From NCBI GenBank assembly GCA_038087875.1, contig CM075978.1, positions 130,882,001-130,946,000 of the forward strand: a stretch of 64,000 nt of DNA, written 5' to 3'. Of the stretch, positions 37,529 through 48,779 are shown piece by piece. The stretch is from Malacoraja senta. Lineage: Eukaryota. Under the pieces are notes generated by a model. The model saw nothing but the letters and a program-made list of their open reading frames with translations. It made no database searches and had not been told where the DNA came from. The position numbers and the translations under genes were made by a program. Position 1 is the stretch's first letter. Each line of letters opens with the position of its first letter.

Positions 37529-39138
37529 GTTCGTGGTTTCCTTCCAGGTTACCCTGTTCCCAGCGCGTCAAATTAACATTTAAATACTGTTTCAGGGACA
37601 CGGCAAGTGATCAGTAAATCACGATAAATAGCCTCGTAAGACATACCTTATTTTTTAAGTACCTGAATGTTTGCAACTTTGTTCATAGGCCGTGGCAAAA
37701 TGGGATCACAAGCTGAACTTTTCTAATCAGTTTGGTCAATAAAGAAACTTACTAATTGATTTAGGAAGAAGTTACCGAATGATTTAGAGCAATAATTAAT
37801 TAAAAATTGTAAAACAACTAGCGACACTGGTACCTCGGGACTGGCTACAAAAATATACCAACAATAGCCAAATGCGATTTCACTAAAAATAAAAGACATG
37901 ATGGTTTTAGTTTAAAATATTGCTCATTGTAGTTGGATAAGATAATCGTAATTAATCATAAAATTCACCGTAAACATTGTTTTACTCATGTCCGTGTCCT
38001 TGTAGTAAAACATAACACAGAGATTTAGAGAGGGCGTCGTGAAAATAAATGAGTTTCTTCTGATTCAGAACCACAACACGCGTCACGTCATCTGGTTGGT
38101 TTTGTGCAAAAATAAATACATTTAGAGTGTGGAAGGGTGGAACTGGAAGAGAATGTGGAATTGTAGCTTCCCGAAGAATGCGGTACTTTCTAAAAAGTGA
38201 ACGGATACACAAAGCAGTGACTGCCTATTTCGAAAGTAAGATAAACACAATTGAAGTGAGATAAAATAAAGGGTAAACTGATTCAGAAAGATAAAATAAA
38301 ACACAGGGCATTTTATAGCGTGATATGCGAAATCCTATCAGTATGGTGTCACATACTGCAACACAATCGGCTTTCTTGTTCTGGATAAATTGACAGAAAT
38401 ATAGGCATGGTGACACTATTTTCCTAGCAGTTAATGGGAACCAACTCAATATTATAAACATGATATTAGCTTTTTCAGCAAAACAAAGAATGTGTACTTG
38501 GCGGGCATTCAAATGAATGTAGGGCATTATTTGATTTGATGACTATAGCAATATTTTTATCCAAAATAAACATTATATTTGCCTTGCTAACCTTTAATGT
38601 CCTTCTAAGCACTTCCAGTTGACATTATAAATATTAATTACTGAAAGGGTGCATAGTAAACACTGGATTTAGGCATATCTTGAAACATAATTTAAGCGTG
38701 TGGCTTTCCATAATGAAAACAAACAAGACCACTTACAATTTTAGCTTTCGAGAAACACGTTCATGATCAGCTTGACAATGAAACTAAGGATAACTTTTAA
38801 AGCACAATGGAGTGCAACTGTTTACAACAAAGTGCATTTTGTTGGTGAGCATCATGTTAGTTGAAATCGGCAAGCGAATTGTAATCTAATAATTTAATGA
38901 TCGAATTGGGAAGATTTTACCAACTTCTAAGTAAGATTTCAGTCCGACGTATTTTCGTTAAAAGATTATTTAAAATATAATTTTAAAACGCTGGACTGCA
39001 TGGTTTTTCAGCAGCGCCGTATTTCAAGTAATTTTGTAAATATGTACATCCCTTGGATTTCTTATCGTATGATATTGCCTGATTATGCTCTTATTTGTCT
39101 TTCCCCCACTTTTTTACTTTGCTGTTTGACCCGCATAG
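37529..39138 (+). other. SIX3: SIX3 intron (GT-AG, 1610 nt, no recognisable transposon)
   Basis: GTTCGT...CATAG; the position just after the homeodomain is the usual Six3/6 intron site. Confidence 0.93.
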
Positions 39139-39331
39139 GCTGCAACATCAGGCAGTCGGACAGAGTGGGGTTTGTACGCTATCGGAGGCGGGCTGCACTG
39201 CTCACAGCGCGGCGGAATCTCCGTCCACAGCCGCCAGCCCTACCACCAGCGTGTCCAGCATGACAGAGCGAGCCGAGACGGCCACGTCCATCCTATCGGT
39301 AACCTCCAGCGACAGTGAATGTGATGTATGA
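39139..39331 (+). CDS. SIX3: SIX3 exon 2 (Ser/Thr-rich C-terminus)
   Basis: Pyrimidine tract and acceptor CATAG|G at 39138/39139. AG+G restores Arg, followed by [10 protein letters not shown]...[41 protein letters not shown], the typical SIX3 C-terminus. The joined CDS is 683+193=876 nt, 291 aa plus stop. Confidence 0.96.
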
Positions 39332-40300
39332 TACAAAAGAGAGAGAAAGAGAGAGAGAGATAGACAAACTCGTAATGCATTCACAGAGGAATATGGACCT
39401 GAGATGTAAGACAAACATTTAAAAAAAGACAATTTAATGACAATTTTTAAAAGACAGAAATAAAACAGATTCAAGAAGAAAAGAAAGTGGCCGAACAGTA
39501 AAAGGACGAGCACATCTGATCCAGCGTTTTCCATGGAGGCCCCCGTATTGCATGATGTATTTTATATCTGAGGAAATAATAATCTACATTAATATTTTTT
39601 ACAAGGAACTGCAATGAAGAGGGAATAAGAGAATTTTCGTCGCCTTTGTTGCTCTCTATAGTCCGAGTGCTGGTCAGACCCCCCGAAGCCAAGCTGCAAT
39701 CGTTTTTTCTGTTCTGCAGACAATCATTTTTCGTAAGCACCTTTTTCTACACTTCTGTTACTGCCTATGTGGGTACTGGTTATGTGAAAGAATAGTTATG
39801 ACTGTAACAGATTTTTATTTTTATTTCAAAATTTTATATGAATTATGTATATCTAATGACGCGATCATCCTCCCAGTTTGTAATATATGTGTAGAAATGC
39901 CTGTATATGAAATGCTTCTGTTTCTCCTTCTTTCTCTATCTCTCTGGATCACAGACTCAGTGTTTTTATGCATATTGTGTGAAGCGTCTGACGAAAGTGC
40001 TAGGTTCTCTACAAAATGGGTGGTTGGGGTAAAGCCCAGCTGGATAGATCTGTTGCGATGTAACTTTATGCAAAGTGCTATTTTGGGTATTTTCAGTCAG
40101 AATGAAGTTATATTATATCACCCCCTTCATGTTGGGCGCTTATTAGTCACTGTTTCTTCAACTGCGTGTTTATCTATATGTAAAAAAAACCTTTCTAACT
40201 CAAAATATAGTATTCCGTTTTCTTATACCTGCTGGCTTGTCGTGTCTTTCTCTTCAAAGTATTTTAATGGTTCGAAATACTTATCCGTACACATTTAGTA
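39332..40300 (+). other. SIX3: SIX3 3' UTR (3' end uncertain) with an AU-rich, probably conserved block at ~39690-39910
   Basis: Follows the stop codon. The block GAATAGTTATGACTGTAACAGATTTTTATTTTTATTTCAAAATTTTATATGAATTATGTATATC resembles tetrapod SIX3 3' UTR as I recall it (not aligned). AATAAA occurs at 39459, 40991 and 41068. Confidence 0.6.
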
Positions 40301-40599
40301 AACGGCGCATCGTGTTCGCTGAGACGCCAAAGCGGAAAACAAGACCTATTTGCCTTTTTTTTTGCTGATTTTTTTTAAATCGAAGTTTTTAACGTTATAA
40401 AGGTTAACATCACGCATTTACGTAATTTCTGTATTTGTGTCATTTCAAAGATCAGGGGGGAAGAAAGCTACACATGCGTTTTTTCCCCATCGGTAGACTA
40501 TTTCCACAAAGTAACCACATCCGAGGAACATGTTTTCAGCAATTGATATAGACTAATTATACAAGAAATGTGGGTTGAGACACTAACTTCCTCCTATTT

Positions 40600-40805
40600 A
40601 TGGCGGTAAATGAAAACAGTAAATACGGGGACTCGCCATTTAATCAGCTAATCATATTACAGCTCCTCCCCGTGAATCTTAAGTTCATTGTGAAGTGTTG
40701 AAAGAAGTCTTTATTTGCATGACTAACAGTCCACCGCCAGCACCTTTGCACTAATGTCGTTCATTGCCCCGGGCTGTTAATTCAAGCGTGAATTAAAAAT
40801 AGAAC
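40600..40805. promoter_or_regulatory. Candidate downstream enhancer (SOX + octamer)
   Basis: CATTGT 40686-40691, perfect octamer ATTTGCAT 40713-40720 and several TAAT cores. Confidence 0.35.
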
Positions 40806-41899
40806 TGAGCCCTGAACTTGTTTTCACTTGTGAAGTTTTTGAAATCTATCCCTGTGTGCTTTGGATAACTGGTCGAGAATTTCCGTGACGAGTTTTTCTG
40901 GCAACTAAAACGAGATTTCAATGAGGCCCAACGGTTAACTGAAGAAAATAACAAGCAGGACTAAACGATAGACGGTTTTGCAATTTGATTAATAAACATT
41001 GATTAATTTTGATTACACAGAGGTATACACATACATCTATATTATGTAAACATGATGATAAATTTGTAATAAATCTCATAGACATAAAGGTATGGATGAC
41101 ACAGTGGTAAGCCTCCCAAACTTTCCGAAGTTATGAATGCTGATTAGGGACAAGTTGGTTTTGTGTCATTTTATCAATGAACGGAGTGATTCCTACTTTC
41201 TTATTTCGCAACAAACGTAAACTCGTATTCATTTTCTTGGTATAGCTACAATCTCATAAACCCCCCCCAAAAAAAAAAATAGATGTAGCCATTGATGTGC
41301 GATTATTTGGATTTTTCATGAAAAGTTCGTGTTCACGCCAATCTTTTTAACTACTTGGCAACGGCGCGTTTCAGTATGCGCTGGATGGTGACAATTGAAT
41401 CTTTTGGAGCTGTTGTTTGTGTGCGAGGAACGTAATCTTTCCGCCGCGGATTTCTGTTTCTATTGAAACCCATCTGAGTAGAAAAACTCTTAAAAAGAGA
41501 GACGGTGTTTTGATTTCATAATGAAAATGCAATAATATGTTTTTGAAGTGGGACTTTCACGGCGCCTTTCCTATTTGGGCTGAATTTGTTCTTTTTTTTA
41601 TTTTGAAGATAGTAAGTTACAATTTATCAAGTGTTTGGATATTTTAAAGTAAAACCTGTTAAGAACATTGGGTTATATCGAAACTGTATTTTAAATTACT
41701 GCAGTATAAATAAGAGTATAATTTTTAAATGTTGCACTATTGCACTGTATTAATATCTGAGTTCGGCAAGTATCATTGTTTAATAGTAATATACATGGGT
41801 GTGAGGATTATTCATGAAATACAACTCAGAAATCTTTACAAACTCTGTTGGTCGATTTGGATTTGAACGTACGGTGGTTTTTATTTTGCCATTGAATAC

Positions 41900-42265
41900 A
41901 CCACACTGGGGAGAAAAGCGACCCAAATAAAAGGCTGCCATACAAAAGTGATCGTAGCGCCTGCTTGAGATCCTGCACAAACGTCGGGGAGATTGTGCTG
42001 AGGACACCGAGGGAGAAAGAGCAAAACGCGGCACCGGAATTTAATTTTGGCTGGAGCTGGGTTTGCAGGAAGGAAGCAGCAGGCCGCTCCGCGGAGAAGC
42101 GGCGAGCATGCGCGCTCCCGTCGTGTTAATTTCAAAGAGTGAGTTGAGCTCAGCTGCCAGAACAAATCGTGTCAGGCGAGCAGAGATAACATCCACTTAT
42201 TAGTGAAAGCTCTTTGAAATAATGGTCTGTAGTTTGAAAGTGGCAGCGCTGGCAGTATATGCCTT
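41900..42265. promoter_or_regulatory. GC/CpG-rich candidate regulatory element with TCF/LEF-type sites
   Basis: Local CpG-rich patch 2.6 kb after the stop, with TTCAAAG 42131-42137, CTTTGAA 42212-42218 and GCATGCGCG (NRF1-like). Confidence 0.4.
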
Positions 42266-45200
42266 TAAAGAATGCTTTACAATGGAGATCTTAGGAGGGT
42301 TTAGTAAGAGTAGAGAAGTCTACTGATTTGGGGTTGGTTTGTTCTTGGGTAGTGGATTGAGACGAAAATCAATGAAAATCCTAATTTAAGCTTTCTGATT
42401 TGTTAAATCCTCCTGCCCCGGCAAGATACGGCCTATCGCAAGTACCGAGCCAGGGCGGTTTCCCTCAGCTTGCCCAATACCGATTATTATCGATGGGTCT
42501 TCTTCAGACCTCCATTAGTTTATTATCCATGACTAGTCTCGCTGTTGATGAAGATGAAATTTATCTAAAGCCGTCAAACAGATGGCATAAGCAGCATTTG
42601 ACTTCGATATTCCACTCGGGCGGTAATATGCCAAATGTACCAAAGCATTCAAGAAGCGCAGCATATAGACCACAGCTGCTGTCTCTCTGTGTGCCTTGGT
42701 GACGAGTTCGGTGCTTGAGAACCGACACGTAGCATGCCATCTAAAAGGCCATTCCACATGCACAGAAATATGGGCTATTTTCTATTTACACGAGGGCGCG
42801 TCTAACTGCGTTTATTTTCGGCGTCCCCAGTTTAGAAGCAAGAAGTCTGCTATAATGCATCTACCCACCTACCCATTAGAATGGTATTGATACAAATTAT
42901 TTTGGTATTGCGTGTTCATATCGAATACCAGGGGATTTTATTTTGTATTTACTGAGGTGATTTCAATTTATGGTTTCAATGCGATAGCCCCCTAAAAAAC
43001 GGTTGAGCTATGAACGTGGTCTGTTCCGATTTTGCGATGATTTGGCAGTTTAGCAGAGTAGAATTTTCTTTTATTCGTGTGTAGCCATGCGGTCCTTACT
43101 CCAACTCTATGCACCACTTGGAGTGACTCGGGGAAAGGCAGTCAGCCGGATATATTCCAGTCTAGAAGTACGGGAAGAAACATAGAGATAAGATATAGTC
43201 CGACAGCTCCCGCTCCAAAGAACTTCACATTAATTTGGTTTTACCCCGTTGTACCATGGATACCGCACATATATGTGGTATCTTCCCGACGCACGCGAGA
43301 CATTTAGTCTTTTATTGAAATACAAAGTATTCACGTTAATAAATTGAAGTGTGGGCAATGTCGAAAGACATTTCTGAATAACATTTAATTCGTTTTAATT
43401 TGGTAATAGATTATCATAACTTACTGAAATAAGCTGTTTAATGTAATTCTAAATTCTCATTAAATATACGTTGAAACTCACTTTAATCGATCATATTTCT
43501 CACCTTACATCCCCGATGACTAGCCATTTATTTGTTTTTGCATGGAGCCGCTGGTAGCTGAACATAATGAAACTTCATGATACCCCAACATTCTGCAACT
43601 TCATAATCACCATTTTCAAAAAAGATTTCCTAATTAATAAGATACATAATGTAATAAGAACGTTTATTCTTGGTTTGCCGAATAACTTGCGTCCTTATCT
43701 TTTATTACAATCACTTTATTTTCAATCTTCCAGATCTGGGTGTTTAGTTATTGTTAATTGGCGTACGCGATCTTGTCCCGGGATAGTTTATGTAGGTTTA
43801 TATTTCCCGTAAATGTTATATTTGTTTTGAAGGGCGGGCGTAGGATATGCAAGATGATGAAAGTTGCAGGAAAGTTGTTTCAGTGAAAATTCAGGACGTT
43901 AAAACACGCGCTCTTCAGGAATCACATAATGTGTTTCTCTTTCCCAACATTGCTTGGACTCGATGCAAATTGCTGAGACACATTTAATCGAAAATTATTA
44001 TTTTCAATTACAAAACGGATTTAAAAAAAAATCCATGGTTGAATTTAAGTAATTAACAATGGAGAACTTGCGGTGGTGAATTTGAGCAGTGAATGTTAGG
44101 AACTGTGTGACCTGTCAGTAGATTTCATTCACGCAACCGCACGACGCGTTCGATTCTTGTTTCGCTGGTATGTTCATTCTTTGCTGATAAAAAAAACATT
44201 CTTTAAGACTATTTGGATTTAAAACTGTAATTCTATTAAATAGTAATTGAAGGATATGATACAGGATCAACTGCCACATAAGCCGCCTGTTTGAACTTTG
44301 ATTTGTTGTCAGACGCAGATGGGATCACGGCCTTTCCAGGCTGATTGTGGAGCCCCGGCATAGAAGACAGCAACAAGAGTTTAATTAATTTGTCTTCATT
44401 CAAATGAAGAAAATTGATAGAACATTCGCTCTGTTCCAAGATAATTTCAGACCAGTTTTAACCTCACCATTCCTTTTGTGGATTAAATGGAATTAAACAC
44501 TATTTTTAATAGGTTGTAATTGAAATGGTGGGATTCATATTTCTATGACTGTTATTCTTCCTCTGAGACAGGCCGTTTGCCGTTGAATTCATTTCGCTGT
44601 TTGTAGTTGAAGATTACTTTTGTGTTTTCGGAAACATTTCCAAGTGGAAGTTATAAACGTTATTGTCAGATCCATAGTTATCGCGACATCCGATATCGCC
44701 TCAACATTACATTGGTAGACTGGATTATTGTTATTTACCAAGTTCATAGATTGTTTTGATCACATATTAATATCTTAGAATCCTGATATAATCTAGCACG
44801 TGATCATTACGCGATTAATAATTTCAACATATTAAGAATATTTTCCAAAAGAACATATTGAAACAGTACAATACTTCATTGGGACGTTTACATATGTTGA
44901 GTCTAAATTATAAAGTAGATATGCCTAAAGTTTCGAGCACGGAAAACTTGATTGTTCGAAGTCCCAAACGCATTTTTGTTAGTACTTAGCTGTTCGAGAT
45001 GCAGGTGTGTGAACGCGCGCGCCTGTTTTAGCAAACGGATAGAATGTGACTGTGAAATATTTGGATATATCAAATACAAACTGATCTATTATTATTTTTG
45101 TATATATCGAAATCTGATGTATTTTTTAAATAAATTATAGACAGTGCTTTTTCCACCTTATCTCATATCTACGATATATATTCAAATTACTCCATTTAAA

Positions 45201-46534
45201 GGAGGTTGAACGTAGTGAATCGTTTGTCAGGGAATCTTAACTGGATGGTGGTACTTGTTCTGAATATGATGCTGATAATGCCATAAAAGTTAATTAGTTA
45301 TAATTACTTGAACACGTCATATGCGGAAATAATAAATCCACATTAGTTTGCAGTTAGGTATTTAAAGCAGGTATCAAACGATAGCTGCCTGTAGAGAAAC
45401 GAAGACATTACAGGAGTCATGTTAGACAATGCATAATACATCAACAAATTGAAGTGTTAAACATTACGGCACATTTCAGCACTTATGTTGCTAGTGCATC
45501 GGGTTCAGGGCTCTAATAGGTCCATTTTGTCTCGCTGTGTTTTGAAATACTACCTACTTTGGCAGGTCTAAGGCACGCATTAGTTGTGTCATTTCGATGG
45601 ATGCAAGGATGTGCAAGTAGAAACATGCATTACACAATAACAATGTGGACAAATAGGTGCATGATATGTCACAAAGTGAGTCTCCAGAATTAAGGAAATG
45701 ATCACGGTTTGGGAAAGTTACATGCCATTGTCAAAATAGCGTGAGGTTATTAATTGTTTAGATTTTTTATTGTTCTGTCCACTGCGTGTGCTCTCTGCCT
45801 AACGTATGGACGATCTCTTCCTTGCCTTCTTAGCTCCCCAAGTTTTGCCCATTCAACGATTCCCCTGGGCCAGGGAATGCTTTTGAACATACTTCATTAT
45901 GATATATCCTCTTTCGAACAAAAGACCTTGTTGCCTGAACGCCACTATTTTGGTTTCACTTGGTCAATCTATTTAACCACTTATGTCCCTAAACACTGCT
46001 CTTCAGAAGGTTTTATACGCTTCTTTGTAAGCACGAGCACGCAGGTGGATGTCTGCTGGTCTACAGTTCGCGAACTTTCCATCTTATGGGTCAAGACGGG
46101 CAAAGGATGTTATTTCAATATTTCCGCGTTCGCCGTTGCTCCGGGAAGCCAATTGGAAGCACTCAACAGATTGATTTCCAATCATTCCTCTCCTATTTCC
46201 TGCTATTTAAAAACTGGAAATTTATATCGCACTCGCTGTTGCGGGACAGCTGTTACGGCTCTGCGTGTGGTTATGTGCCTCACACAAGCATATGGTTGAG
46301 TATGCTTGGCCATGAATATAGTATAATACACACACACAAATGCTTATATATACAAATGGTTGTTTTGCCCAATGCGTGTGCTCACTGTACAATGTATGGA
46401 AGACCTCTTCCTTGCCTTCTTAGCTCCCCAAGTTTTTCCTATTCAATGATTCACTATCACACGCCCATGCCCAATTCACCCGTATATGTGATAAATCGGT
46501 GAATCTATGTATCCTCTTCTTGATTTGCTTGGAT

Positions 46535-47870
46535 ACAGTCTGAAGAAGGGTCCCGACCAGAAAAGTCGCGTATCCATGTTCTCCAGAGATGCTTTCTGAC
46601 CCGCGGAATTAGTCCAATACTTTGTGTCTTTTATTGTTGTACACCATCTTCTATAGTTCCCTGCATCTCGAAGAATGTAGGTCTTTGTGTGCGGTTTTTT
46701 TTCCAGAGGAAGAACAAGTTGCAAAATTATCGCTAAAGAGAAGGTGAATAAAAATAACTGATTAGTACTTACAAAAAATCGCATGTGATGCTATTACTTC
46801 GCGCAACTACATGTTTCTCGGTTGAGCTGCCCGTACACACTTGACAATTCGAGCAGATTATTCCCCTTACTTGATCAATCACTTAATTGGAAAGCCTGTT
46901 GCTGACCCCCTTGTATGAGGGAATAATTACGCTCCGTCTATATACCGAGGAAGGAGCGTTTACTCATTTTGGACACCTGTCAGTTTTGTGTAACATTGAT
47001 TTTTCCTGTTAATGTATTTGTGCAACATAATGCAGAGTATTAACGCTCCCACATCACCACAGGTATGTTTTGTAAGTGCACTTTAGGGATTACGTTTGGT
47101 GCTTTCGGTAGTTGTTATAAATGTGCCCGTGTCTCGTCTGCAATCGGCCCTGAGTCTTTATTGAGGAATGGGTAGGCGGGGGAAGAAACAATCTTCAAAA
47201 GTCTCTACCTTGGTTTCGTTTTCGTCTAATCCTGTACATTCTAAGAACATTTACCCCGTATTTACGCCTCTCAGTTGGAGCGGTCCCAGCAGACGGGTCC
47301 CAGCAGACATTTTGAAGCGCCTGTTTTTCGAATATGATACGGTGACATTTTCATACACGCGTGAATCTCCTTTTCATGAAAGGGGAAGAAAAGTAACATC
47401 CACCCCCGAGAAATTATCAGGGGAATAGATGGTAAGAATCCTTTTCCCTTGATGGGGTTCATATGCGGAGAGGGCAGATGGGAGATAGGAGGATTAGAAG
47501 GGCTTTTTTCGCGTAAAATGGTTAACCCTGGACTCCGGACGTCGACAAGAGGAACTGCAGATGCTGCAATCATGCGCAGAACACAAAGCTTCGATAGACA
47601 CAAAAAGCTGGAATAACTCAGCGGGACAGGCAGCATCTCTGGAGCGAAGGAATGGGTGACGTTTTGGTCGAGACCCTTATTCAGACAGCATCGCAGGAGG
47701 ACATGGATAGGCGTCATTTCGGAACGGGGCCCTGCTTCAGACTCAACTAAGGAGGTAGTGGAGGCGGATATTCTGAAGAATGCTCTCGACCCGAAACATC
47801 ACCCATTCCTTCTCTCCAGAGATGTTGCCTGTCCCTCTGAGTTACTCCAGCATGTTGTGTCTATCTTCGG
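46535..47870. mobile_element. Penelope-derived fragments (46535-46670 plus; 47545-47870 tandem minus plus inverted plus); the intervening sequence is not part of them
   Basis: Family consensus with degenerate CTGAAGA...GAAA motifs. Confidence 0.7.
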
Positions 47871-48092
47871 ATATTATCAAAAGAGTTAAGAGGCATTTAG
47901 ATAAGGACTTGAGTCGCCGAGGCTGAGAAGACTACGGGCCAAATACGGGTAAATGTTGAGCATGGGCATGATGAGCCGTAAGACCTTCTTCTTTGTTGTA
48001 TGACTCTAATAGCAGCTGACCAGCGAAAATAGTCACAAAAAGCTGGAGTAACTCAGCAGGACAGCCAGCATCTCTGGAGAGAAGGAACGGGT

Positions 48093-48120
48093 GACGTTTC
48101 GGGTCGAGACCCTTCTTCAG
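48093..48120 (-). ncRNA. Minimal hammerhead ribozyme motif (PLE type) within pLTR fragment 48030-48122
   Basis: Minus strand: CUGAAGA A GGGUC-UC-GACCC GAAA C GUC, a perfect core with palindromic ACGU stem III. The 5' arm of stem I appears truncated. Confidence 0.6.
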
Positions 48121-48779
48121 CTCATGTTCTCAACTAGGGATATTTAGTGGCAGTTATTTCCTGGGTTGAGAGGCTGCGTGATTGATAGGATATGGATAGA
48201 CAAGTCTGGTTGGTGTCTACGAGGGCCTCTAGTATCCCGGCTAATGTTTGCCAACCGTGTCGATTGAGCAGGCACTGAGTGAGTACGAGGTTTATGAAGA
48301 AATCCACATCTTAACCTCTCTAGCAATCAAGACCTAAGTGAGAAGATTTGCAAGGAGTTGGGATTGTTGGTGGGCCCCCAGAGAAACCAGTCCCGTTCCT
48401 GTTTACGTGGAAGCACACGTTTAATAAGCAAACGTTCAAAGTATTTTGGGCTTTAGATCAAAACTAAACGTGTGCAGAATAAACCAGACAGATACCAGTG
48501 TTATCTACCATTGGAAGTGAGTGCGGGGCCAAGCTTCGTGTCAATATTTCCTTCAAGGAATTTCATTTATCCACTGCCCCACCGAGCCCAGCGCTCGAGT
48601 AAAAATGAGACTGGGCTTTTGGTTCGCCTAGCGCCAGCCAGTTATATTCTTCTGCCGCTGTTCCCATGTCCCCCACTCCACTTCTTTTCCGTCCACCTAT
48701 CCGAACCAATTTGATCGTTGACTTGAATATTGTCTGAATCATTGGAAGTGTCTGCCGCAGTCCCACAAGACGAAATTTA

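Noticed and set aside
37541-37553. Alternative donor CAG|GTTACC 19 nt into the intron
   Set aside because: It would frameshift exon 2, and there is no supporting evidence.
36780-37583. 267-aa ORF as listed (GTG start, reading into the intron)
   Set aside because: The GTG start is an ORF-caller artefact; the true start is ATG 36846, and the tail FVVSFQ... is intron read-through.
36698-37601. Antisense and alternate-frame ORFs over SIX3 exon 1
   Set aside because: Expected shadows of a GC-rich coding exon; no recognisable domains.
36846-39331. Identification as SIX6 or SIX7
   Set aside because: The MVFRS N-terminus, diagnostic SIX-domain residues and the SPTTSVSS...[15 protein letters not shown]-terminus match SIX3.
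39798-40298. 166-aa ORF after SIX3
   Set aside because: U-rich 3' UTR sequence giving a hydrophobic, domain-less translation.
45754-46502. 181-aa and 138-aa ORFs sharing a short peptide
   Set aside because: The shared peptide comes from the 93-bp duplication; no coding signature.
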